Below, in pieces: positions 25,086-36,127 of a stretch of 64,000 nucleotides of DNA. Position 1 is the first letter of the stretch, and each line of letters begins with the position of its first letter. A program made the position numbers and the translations under genes. The DNA lies in NCBI GenBank assembly GCA_002269645.1, contig NIVC01001493.1, positions 62,001 through 126,000 of the forward strand, read 5' to 3'. The notes below the pieces were generated by a model. That model made no database searches, was not told the origin of the DNA, and worked only from the letters and a program-made list of their open reading frames with translations. This DNA comes from Macrostomum lignano (Eukaryota).

Positions 25086-28000
25086 TCAAGCAGTTTTCCT
25101 GCCAAGACGCCACCGGACCCGGATGCGGCCAACATTGCGCCGCATCAGACGAACGTCCCTGGTGATGGTGGTCAGGTCCAGCACAATGATGGTTGTGAAG
25201 AACACGATCAAGATGACGATGACCACCACTCCTAGCGACTGGGCGCCGCTGGCCTCCTTGGCTGGCGGGGTGTACTTTTTACCACCGGTCATCACAATTG
25301 ATTCCGTGCGTTCTGGAAGTACATGTAAATTGATTTATGAGACCGTGACGGGAAATTATAGTTGAGTAGAGACTAACAGTTGCACTTTGAACTACGAATT
25401 TTTCTAGTTAGCTTCTAAGATAATTGGTAGCGCTAATTAAGACCTGCTATTGCACTCGAAGTCGACTAATTTAATCGGACCTCGGAAAATTCGAACTAGA
25501 GTGGCTTGGGGCGCCAGCACCTGAAGCACCCTGGATATACGATCGTGTATGGTATGACTGAACTCTTGAAACAGTTGAATCACGTAATTATCCGAGTATA
25601 TTTCTTAATTTAGCCCCCATCGGGATTATTGCATACATGTACAGATCCGAGTGTATAAATATACTACTGATTAATGTGTAGCCAGCAGTAGTACTTACTG
25701 TCCTTATTTCGTACAGCAATCTGACGTCGCAGACAAATATGTACTTTAATGTAACATTACATCTACAGATAACGACGTCATACGTCGGCTGAACGTCGGT
25801 GCAATGTAAAAGTACATATCTTTCATCGGTGTAACCGACGTCGGATTGCTGTACTCGTACGGGCATATCGCAAAACAATAAAACAAGCATTCATGCATCT
25901 TTCAGTTATGGTGAGTATCAGAACGGTGAAGTTTGTTTTTCATCCATTTGTAAGAATGGATAAACTGGTTTTGAAACCACATCGAGGTCGAATACGTGTA
26001 TGTGCTTCAAGTGATCTTCGGATGTACAGACGGTGATAGACACCGAAAACAGAAGCAAACAACTCACTGATGCAGGCGGAAATTTTGCTGCTCCAAGTGC
26101 CGCTTGATGCGCACGAAACAGCATAGGTGGTGACGATTTCGAACCGGCCAGTGTCCGTATTGAGAACGTTCATTTCGTAGTTGTACTGGCAGTACACTCG
26201 AACTCTGGTGTTGTAGGACATGTCAAACTCCTGTGAGAACTGGCGAATGCTCAAGTTTCGCTGAGCACCCGTGACCGGATCCGTCACTGTCATCGTGTCG
26301 TTGAGATTGGAATCGGCCAGAGCTCTGGGGAGGTCGCTCTGCTGAGCCGGAATCACAATCTCGTTAGTGAGGCACGTGATCGCTGTTGGATGAGTTTGGA
26401 GATGGGAGAGTGACAGTCAGTTTGACAAGCATTCAATTTTTAACTCATGCCTAACACAGAAAATACCCCAGAAAAACGAATTTCATTGTTAATTTTGGCC
26501 AAATTTATAGTCAGGCTTGTACAATTAGTTTAAAAAAATTGCATCAGATCGGAACCTCGTGTGTAAATGATGAGCACAAAGTTTGATAAACTGAATCTTA
26601 CAAGTAAATCAGGTCCAAAATGCTTTACATGTAAGTATCGACAGTTGGTACTATATAGAAATTAGCACGTCTAAAGTTTACTAATTCAGCTCAGATTTTA
26701 GACAAAAAACCCAACTCAATCCCCAGATTTAGAGAAACTCAAAGACTACTCAAGTAGAAGCTCGGTAATAAATAATAATAATTTTATAATTGATTACACC
26801 TGCCTTAATGAGCAGATGTGCAACCGACAGCTCAGCCGCAGCTATTGCGCGGCGCATCTGAAGGCTGCGTACGGCTGTTCAGTCCAAGGATTGGGGGCCG
26901 TCACCCACCCTCAATTACCCCAGCTGATGCTGGCACCCATTTTACAGCTGGGTGAACTAAAGCAATGCAGAGTTGTTTCTTGCTCAGGGACACAAATAAT
27001 TGTTCCAGTGGGATTGAGAATCGAACTCCGACCTTCAAATAGTGTGTCTGGCACTCTAACCACTAATCTACAACCCCCTTTAAAATGTGTAACAAAAAAT
27101 AAAACGGATGCATACAACCAATATGTCGAGCTGTGCCGTTTTTGAGCTGAAAGAAATGAAAAACCTTCATTCTCCATAATGCATTTTTGTCGGTAAAATC
27201 TGCGTTCTAATAAAATTTCCAACTACCGTAGTTTACCGTCCTCCTACTTGAGTATATAAATCCTTCAGGCTTTCTAGGGCAGAAAGGAGGAGAATCCGAG
27301 GGCCGCGAAGCGGCACGAGGATTTCCGACTTTTTGCCCTAGATAACCTGCTGGATTTGTATTCCTTCTTGATTTTGCGGGCGGGCCGAGAAACCACATTC
27401 TTCGGCCCGCGAGTCAAACTGCATTTGCTTCAGTCTAAGTTCAGTGCAAGTCCTGATTCTCGGCCCGCAAGAAAATGGAATTTGTCTATGGCACAAAATG
27501 CAAACTGTATTTCATTTTAGCTCTGAGCCTAAAAGAGCGACTGACAAAGTAATACGCTCGTAATTAGTCTAACTTTTTATTAAAACTGAATTCCATTAAC
27601 TCCTGACCCGAGCGTTCTGAGAACATGATAGACTACTCCTGTATAGAAGGAGGCGAGATTTCTGGGTTGCAGCGCGAAGAAATCGACTTTGTATGCCAAC
27701 TCCGTGGCCGTGGGCGAATGTTCAATCAGTACACTGGCTTGCCTGTGCCTGGAATTGGAGTCAGCAAGGCGCTCGACAACGGCCTGTTGGATGATCTTAT
27801 AAGTGATTTTCCTATAAGTGAGTTCCTCTGAACGCCATGTACTGTAAAGACGGCGTGGGTTGCACCACAAGACTATATTAAATCGTTACTGTTGTCCTCT
27901 TTGTAATGTTGCACTTTTAACGTTTTAAATACAATCGTTTCGGCTTCGTCTATGGCCAAGCCCGATATCGGGCAGAGAATGGGCCATTTCTTAAGCAGTC

Positions 28001-31000
28001 TTGCCCGCAAAATCAAGCAGGAGTAGTCTTTGGCGAAACTATACACGTCGCTAAAATAGCAGCGGTTATCAATCTCCTCACGTTTGCACCCCATGACATC
28101 GCTGCTCAGAATTGTCCCGTCGACCGGCGTCCAGACGCCGACATTCCTGGACCCGTTGCCGGGCAGAGCGCACTGCAGCGACTTGTCGTACTTCCGGTCC
28201 ATGAAGAAGTAGCCAGAGAGGCGGCAGCGGATCGACACCACGTTGGGATAGAAGGGAAACCGGTTGCTCTCCACGGCTGAGTAGGATCGGTCCTTGCTGC
28301 GGTCGTAGGCCTTGTAGGCCAGCATCAGGTCCGGGTCGAAAAAGGGCATCGGCGACTTGCAATGCAAAGCTGCCCGGGTGCGGAAATTTGATGTATATAG
28401 TTGACTTTGAACTCAGAATTGGTAAGTTTTTTATTTGGCACGATGAATATAATGTGAAACATCTCGATTACAGATTACAGATTACAGCATCTCATTCTCT
28501 GATTCCAAATCCAAAATCTTACCCCCGATATAAAGTTTAATCCCAGATCCCTTAATTTTACCCACAGGTCCCTCAATCTAACCTTCAGATCAGATCCCTC
28601 AATCTCACCTTCAGATCCCTCAATCTCACCCTCAGATCCCTCAATCTCACCCTCAGATCCCTCAATATCACCCTCAGATCCCTCAATCTCACCTTCAGAT
28701 TAGATCTCTCAATCTCACCCTCAGATCCCTCAATCTCACCCTCAGATCAGATCCCTCAATCTCACCTTCAGATCCCTCAATCTCACCCTCAGATCCCTCA
28801 ATCTCACCCTCAGATCCCTCAATATCACCCTCAGATCCCTCAATCTCACCTTCAGATTAGATCTCTCAATCTCACCTCAGATCCCTCAATCTCACCCTCG
28901 GATCCCTCAATCTCACCCTCAGTTCCCTCAATCTCACCTTCAGATCTCATTGAAGGTTAGAATCTCACCTTCTATCTCACCTTCAGATCCCTCAATCTCA
29001 CCCTCAGATCCCTCAATTTCAACTTCAGATCAGATCCCTCAATCTCACCCTCAGATCCCTCAATTTCAACTTCAGATCAGATCCCTCAATCTCACCCTCA
29101 GATCCCTCAATTTCAACTTCAGATTAGATCTCTCAATCTCACCCTCAGATCCCTCAATCTCACCTTCAGATCTCACTGAAGGTTAGAATCTCACCTTCTA
29201 TCTCACCTTCAGCTCCCTCATTATCACTCTCAGATCCCTCAATCTCACCCTCAAATCCTTCAATCTCACCTTCAGATCAGATCAGATCCCTCAATCTCAC
29301 CCTCAGATCCCTTAATCTCACCTTCAGATCAGATCTCTCAATCTCACCCTCATATCCCCTGATTCCACCCACAAACCTGAATCCCACCTCACATCCTCCA
29401 GTTTTCATTCCCTATGATCCCTATCGATAATGACTGGCTATAGCTATACATTAAGTTGAAGAGTTTCTCACCAGAGCACACAGACAGACTGGGCGGCATC
29501 CACATTCCCAGGCTGGGATTGAGGTCGCTCTGTCCGCATTCCACTGTAGTGTTGGTGCTCGTATCGTCATAGTAGCTTACGTAGCCCAGTTGGCACTGGA
29601 CGGGCACTTTTTCACCGAATGAGTACATTTTGGCAGCGACTACGCTGGATTTGTAAGTGTCCTCTGCATCCGGTATCTGGGTGACGTTCAGCAGCTGCCA
29701 GCCTTTGCAATGAATGGCTGAAATTCAAGGGAAAAGGTCCACGATTAAAGGTGCTTAGTGTGAAATAAAAATTTGTCTCAACATGTATCCTCAGCTTAGG
29801 TTTCTCAATCGCCTTGTCTAATCGTCCAGTACCAGCTCAAAGAGCTCGAAGAATGACAGGAGATCAACTTTTGTCACCGCCTCGACGTGGCATCGACCGT
29901 CACAAACCCATCAAGATACAGTGGCGCCCACCGAGAAACAGTGGCACCTACCAAGAGACAGAGGCACCTACCAAGAGACAGGGCACCTACCAAGAGACAG
30001 GGGTACCTACCAAGAGACAGGGTATACCTACTAAGAGACAGGGGCTTCTACTAAGAGACAAGGGCGGTCACTAAGAGACAGGGGCGGTCACTAAGAGACA
30101 GGGGCGGTCACTAAGAGACAGGGGCGGTCACTAAGAGACAGGGGCGGTCACTAAGAGACAGGGGCGGTCACTAAGAGACAGGGGCGGTCACTAAGAGACA
30201 GGGGCGGTCACTAAGAGACAGGGGTTTCTACTAAGAGACAGGGGCGGTCACTAAGAGACAGGGGCGGTCACTAAGAGACAGGGGCGGTCACTAAGAGACA
30301 GGGGCGGTTCCCAAGAGACAGAGGCACCTACCAACAGACAGAGGCACCTACCAAGAGACAGAGGCACCTACCAAGAGACAGAGGCACCTACCAACAGACA
30401 GAGGCACCTACCAAGAGACAGAGGCACCTACCAAGAGACAGGGGTACCTACTAAGAGACAGGGGCGCCCACCACGACACAAAATATTGGCGCCTCCCCAA
30501 TAAAGGCGGGGGGTGTGCGGCCTCCTTCCTGTCTACGCCACTGACTCGACTCCTCTAAGTAGTCTTTTAAATGAGCTTGATTGCAAAATGGTTGTCTAGT
30601 TCCTCCTTTGAATAGTTCTGTGTGAGTATTTGAGTCAGCTTAAAGTTCGCCAGGTGGGCCTGCTAAAAAGCTAGTCTGTGGTCATGACTGCGCAACCGAC
30701 TGACCTCCTGGTCCACCTTACAGCCATAGGTCTACAAATATATTTTCGCAGCTCACGTTCGCAGCTCTCCAACTCCAGAGGGGCGCCAATCTGCACAAAG
30801 CTTGACGTGCCGCCGTAAGGATTTTTAGGATCCGGCGTGAACTGGCAGAAGTAGCGATGCCTTTCAGCAATTTCGCTGGACTTGGCCGACCCGGTTGAAG
30901 AGGACGCTACAAACGACCTGTCAGTGAGTTGCACCTCCGACTGCCGATAGTAACCCGGGGCGCAGTTGAACCGCACCGTCTGATTGATGTACGGACGGGC

Positions 31001-34000
31001 GCTCAGCGACATGCTTGAGTTTGAGTAGCCCGGCACAGAGCTCGGATCGCAGCGTGGGACTGTTTGGAGTGAAGAGGGGACGCATTATATAATGGCGCGC
31101 ATTTTGAAGGCGTGCAACTGAATGCAACTTCTGAAGGTCTCCTAGCATCCACCGGCCTGCGTGTGTGGCAACCGACTTTGCAGCAGAGCAACCAATTTTC
31201 TTGAATCCATTGCCGCATGTTGCCTCATAACTCATAAGTTTACGACTCGTTTCGCATGCTTGTTAATGCAAGATTTTTTCTCTTGGTCTCGGGTCAGTCA
31301 TCAAATTTATTCTGAACGAGTGGAACTCCTCCTCTGGAGGAGAAAGGGGAAGAACTCCCATCACCGGAATTCTGAAGGGGAAGAACTTCCATCAGCTAAA
31401 ATTCCATGAATTGAATCCCATCTTCCAAATCATCTCCAAATCCTCTACAATGCATTTCAATTACCGGATATCTTGTTTTCCCTATTTGCAAAAACTCACT
31501 GGCATTGTCCAGACTCGGACTCTCATGTCTCTGCTCTCATTTCTCATATCTCATTTCTCTCATATCACCCTCTCCTTTCTTATCTCCCATCTTTCTGCCC
31601 TCCTTACTACCGTCTCCTGTCTCCTCTCTTTTCTCTCCTCTCCATTTTCTCTTCGCTCCTTTCCTTTCTCCTCTTATCTTCTCCCCTCTCTTCTCAAATC
31701 TCTCTCTCTCTCTCTCTTATTTTCTCACTCATCTCTTTTCTCATCGCATCTCTCATCTCTCCTCTTCTCCTCACTACTTTCCTCTCTTAACTCTCTAATC
31801 TCTGATCTTTCATCTCTCTCCTCTCTCTCTTCTCCTTTCGCTTCTCTCTCCTCTCTCTCCTCTCATCTCTACTACCTTATTTATATCTTCTCCCTGGTCT
31901 TTTGTCTGTACTCTCTTCTCTCTATTTTTTATTCTATGTACATTTGGTACATGCCTGTGCCTAAGAACCATTAAAATGGCTCGGCTCGGCTCATTGGTTT
32001 TATGAGTCTATTTTGTCTTCTTAGCTCACTGTGTAACAATACAGTATGTGCAACAGAGATGTGCCATGCATTTTTATTATTTTTAGGCACAGAATTTTAG
32101 CCTCATAGAATTTTCCAAGATGTACTCAGATCTTCGGTACCTAATATTGAATATTTTTGGAGGGCAAATCAAGTGCACTTTGTACTTATCTATAAAGTCA
32201 AACCCGATGTCGGACTTACTTAAGAAGATGAATTTCAACTATCATATCACCTGATCAAATGGATGGACGAACTTTGTAGATTTCAAAGTTTAACTTCCCC
32301 ATTACTGTGCGTCCATTTTTAACCAAAGTTAAACTCGATATTCTTTGCCATTGTAACCACTTGGTAACCACTCTAACTTTTTTAGGTTAACATTGTGTGT
32401 AAACCTGGACAAAACAACCTCACCTTCATACTCGCACACGGGAACAAACTTTGACACTGAGCCATTGGGGTCAACTAGCAGCTCAGAGTTGAAGGTGCTG
32501 GTCGATGACAGAGAGGCGGACATGAAGACTCTCTGGATTGTGTGGTTGCAAGTTAGGCCGGTAATCTGATGACCATTGCTCCATTGGAACTTTGATGTGG
32601 TAACTGAAAATTTGGAGTTAAATTTTGCAGGTTAAAATATGCATCAATTCTATTAGGAAAGTTAAATACCAAATCAACAGGTAAAACGTAGTCTTTGTTT
32701 GAGCACCACTCATTCCTACAGGTGAGACATTAGCCCTATGAAGATGTCTGAGCACCACTCACTAATACAGGTGAGACATTAGCCCTATGAAGATGTCTGA
32801 GCACCACTCACTAATACAGGTGAGACATTAGCCCCATGAAGATGTCTGAGCACCACTCATTCCTACAGATGAGACATTAGCCCTATGAAGACACCACTCA
32901 TTCCTACAGGTGAGACATTAGCCCTATGAAGACACCACTCATTCCTACAGATGAGACATTAGCCCTATGAAGACACCACTCATTCCTACAGATGAGACAT
33001 TAGCCCTATGAAGACACCACTCATTCCTACAGGTGAGACATTAGCCCTATGAAGACACCACTCATTCCTACAGGTGAGACATTAGCCCTATGAAGACACC
33101 ACTCATTCCTACAGATGAGACATTAGCCCTATGAAGACACCACTCATTCCTACAGGTGAGACATTAGCCCTATGAAGACACCACTCATTCCTACAGATGA
33201 GACATTAGCCCTATGAAGACACCACTCATTCCTACAGGTGAGACATTAGCCCTATGAAGATGGTTGAACACCGCTCATTCCTACAGGTGATGCATAGCCC
33301 CATGAAGATGTATATGTCGTAGTAATCTTCGGAAAATCCTGGTCTTACCATCGCACACAGCCTCAGTCCACAGTGCCGTATATCCGAACGACCTACTCAG
33401 CAGGTAGTTAAACAGGTACAGTCGTTTCGCTTCGCTGTCAGCTCGAACTAGCCGAGCCACGCCAGTGCTAGAGATGACGCTGCTATTGCAGAGCTCTGCA
33501 GCCTTCGAGTAGGAAGTTCTGCTGCGGCTGAACAGCTGGCTGTACAGGCAGAGGCCGAGCTGCTGGGAGTAGTGCGACTGCCAGGCTTTAGGCTCCTTCG
33601 GCTGCAGACACTGGCCTGAGGCGGCGGCCAGGTGGGCTAGAAATCGAGTAGAAATATTCAAGTATTCTTTTATAAGCATAGCAACATTGAGGCGCCAGCT
33701 ACAGAGAAGGCGCCAGCTACAGAGGGGGCGCCAGCTACAGAGGGGGCGTCAGCTACAGAGAAGGCGCCAGCTACAGAGGGGGCGCCAGCTACAGAGGGGG
33801 CGCCAGCTACATGAAGGGGCGCCAGCTACATAAAGGGGCGCCAGCTACATAAAGGGGCGCCAGCTACATAAAGGGGCGCCAGCTACATAAAGGGGCGCCA
33901 GCTACATAAAGGGGCGCCAGCTACAGAGGGGGCGCCAGCTACAGAGGGGCCCGGGCGCCAGCTACAGAGGGGCGCCAGCTACAAAGGGGCGCCAGCTACA

Positions 34001-34367
34001 GAGGGGGCGCCAGCTACATAAAGGGGCGCCAGCTACATAAAGGGGCGCCAGCTACAGAGGGGGCGCCAGCTACAGAGGGGGAGCCAGCTACAAAGGGGCG
34101 CCAGCTACAGAGGGGGCGCCAGCTACATAAAGGGGCGCCAGCTACAAAGGGGCGCCAGCTACAGAGGGGGCGCCAGCTAGGGTGCAGCTATAGAGATTCA
34201 ATTGGTATTTATGGATGGACTACATGTATAATGCTAGTCTGGTATTATCTCATTACATGCATATCAATCCATCAATTCGAGTCTACATATGCTTTATTAG
34301 TGGATAATCCATGATGAAACTCACCAGAAAACAGAAAAAGCAGTTTCAATCCCAGAGTCTCAGGCAT
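25086..34367 (-). CDS. Type I membrane protein: signal peptide, C-type lectin-like domain, four divergent CCP/sushi-like modules, TM, basic tail (about 629 aa, 8 exons)
   Basis: Exons 34367-34325, 33636-33349, 32603-32424, 31059-30757, 29717-29472, 28369-28082, 26382-26068, 25312-25086. All introns are GT-AG phase 1; total 1890 nt in frame. CTLD hallmarks (C..W..CLY..A..C, FQWSNG, VCEY); four exons with C..C.xGY..C..W..C-type patterns; TM VVVIVILIVFFTTIIVL. Confidence 0.82.
26768..27078 (-). mobile_element. tRNA-derived SINE family B, full-length copy (intronic)
   Basis: Reverse complement aligns with 61143-61470; A-box-like TAGATTAGTGG, B-box-like GAGTTCGATTC, and AT-rich tail. Confidence 0.82.
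27255..27360. repeat. Imperfect palindrome of about 105 bp centred on GCCGC-GAA-GCGGC
   Basis: Arms TATAAATCCTTCAGG..TCTAGGGCAGAAAG and CTTTTTGCCCTAGA..CCTGCTGGATTTGTA are reverse-complementary with mismatches. Confidence 0.75.
28565..29360. repeat. 21-bp degenerate minisatellite (CCTCAGATCCCTCAATCTCAC), intronic
   Basis: Direct periodicity with CAGAT insertions. Confidence 0.9.
29935..30480. repeat. 20-bp minisatellite (CTAAGAGACAGGGGCGGTCA and variants), intronic
   Basis: Direct periodicity; homogeneous centre, diverged flanks. Confidence 0.92.
31330..31930. repeat. Conserved core plus TC-rich low-complexity tract (inverted relative of 12500-14010)
   Basis: Same alignment as described for the 12500-14010 feature. 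Confidence 0.7.
32701..33305. repeat. 41/49-bp minisatellite (CACCACTCATTCCTACAGGTGAGACATTAGCCCTATGAAGA), intronic
   Basis: 49-bp units first, then 41-bp units lacking TGTCTGAG; no spacers. Confidence 0.93.
33690..34180. repeat. 17-19-bp minisatellite (GCCAGCTACAGAGGGGGC), intronic
   Basis: Direct periodicity. Confidence 0.92.
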
Positions 34368-34850
34368 GTCAATCGTGACTGACTGCAGATATAGAATGGC
34401 GGGCGGTGTTGGCTCAATCCGTTCCCTTTATCTCAAGGAAGTCAAGTTAATAGTTGAGCACAATAATAAGTTTAATGTTCATGAAGAATTCCTAAGTCGG
34501 GCTTAGCCGAGAGCGCCGAGGTGTTATTTTTATAAATATCTGCGTTTTCCTGTCCCTGCCGTCGTTAGGGTGGCTGTTTGCATGGTTAACAACGATTGGG
34601 GGTTTTTGGCAATGGAATTGTGAGACACAGTCTCCAAAATAATGTACAGAGCAAGCGTGTTGCCATGGGAGAACAGGATAAGTTGTTTGAGGGTGTTTAG
34701 CTCGCATTTGTTGCGTTGGAGCAGTTGGGAGGTAGGCCTGTTGAGTCCCATCGGTTGCCATGCTCCGCGTGGTTGGCTGTCGGTCTCGGATGAGCCCGCT
34801 GTGCTGCTCACCCACCCTCCCCAGACTTGGCCCAATGACCCCTTGAAGTT

Positions 34851-35222
34851 TTATTATTTTTTTTTATTAGAGGCAGGGGGGCTGTGTGCACCCTGGCGCA
34901 CTTTAAGCGACATAGGCACACAACCGGCGAGAGGCATTACTGCCCATTCCGCCGACTCCCCTGAGCAGGCATACAAGCGCGCGGATACGTACGCAGGCAC
35001 ACACTCACACAGGAGTGTACAGCGGCCCTAACTTTATATTATCGTTAGGCATGTACACTTCACTGCGCCTTGGGGGGTTGGCTCTCAAGGCCGTTAATTG
35101 CACGAGCAGAGCCAAGCCGAGATTCCAATTCAGCCCCAAATTAATGTGACTGCACTTGGAATCGAGCCTGGGTCGCTGGCACATCAGAGCAGCTGCGCTA
35201 CCGCTGGGCTACGGCCCCCCTT
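34851..35222 (-). mobile_element. tRNA-derived SINE family A, copy 2 (full length)
   Basis: Minus-strand head GGGGCCGTAGCCCAGCGGTAGCGCAG..GGCTCGATTCC contains A and B boxes; A-rich tail; 13-bp TSD with 1 mismatch, ACCCC[T/C]TGAAGTT, at 34838-34850 and 35223-35235. Confidence 0.88.
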
Positions 35223-35381
35223 ACCCCCTGAAGTTACTGTTTTATCAGGACGTACCGGTATTGCAAAATTCCACTTGTTTGCGTGTATTTAGCGATGCTT
35301 GTCTTTAAAGAAAGTTTCAAAAAACCTGCACTAGCTTTAACATAATGTTATTGCTATAATTGGTATATTGCTAATAATTCT

Positions 35382-35560
35382 TTGATTGATTACACCTGCC
35401 TCAATTGGGCCAGGTGTGCAACCGACAGCTCAGCCGCAGCTATTGCGCGGCGCATCTGAAGGGGGTCGCTACACACAGCCTCAATAACCCCAGCTAATGC
35501 TGGCACCCATTTTACAGCTGGGTGAACTTAAGCAATACAGAGTTAAGTGTCTTGCTCAAG
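35382..35560 (-). mobile_element. SINE family B, 5'-truncated copy with an internal deletion
   Basis: Aligns with the 3' half of 26768-27078 and 61143-61470. Confidence 0.8.
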
Positions 35561-36127
35561 AGAACAAAAGAACAAGAGAACAGCAACTTCATCCGTTTAT
35601 CCTTCCTGGGCGCACCTACAGAGTTTCCAACTGGATTCCCATCTGGTTGTTGTCCTTATGAGAATTACCTGACCACGCCTCAATGCCGCGAAAACGCCCG
35701 AGGAAGCACCGATAAGCAAGGGTAATCTTTACACCTTTTTCTACGAAAAGCCATGGCAACCAGCGCGAAAAGTCAATGCGCGAATTCTAGCTATCTATCT
35801 AGCAACCCTTATTCCCAAGCCCATCAATCGAGTGAATTTTTTCCCATGCGAAGAATCGCAGATGTCGCATTTTGTTCCGCTAACTGAGGCCTCCCATCGA
35901 AATTAATTGCTTAAGAAATGCTCCTGCAAGCCACTGCCATTGCATTCAGATAGATGGAATTTTTTATTCCAAACCCTGCATTGAAACAGGCTTCACAGCC
36001 TCCAAGACAAAAGGTGCTCATTTTCCCACTGATAAAAAATGCCTCGTCAGCAATATTGACAGCAATTGAGTGAATAAGCAAGTGAATTTCTGAGCCAAAG
36101 CTAATTTGGGAGGGGAAGAAATCCAGG

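Noticed and set aside
29919-30543. CAGTGGCG...CGCCACTG as TIRs around the 20-bp array
   Set aside because: Only 8 bp, no TSD, and the left copy looks like a variant of the repeat unit itself.
32701-33305. CRISPR-like appearance of the 41-bp array (also considered for 36128-48902)
   Set aside because: Units are contiguous with no unique spacers, there are no cas genes, and the context is eukaryotic.
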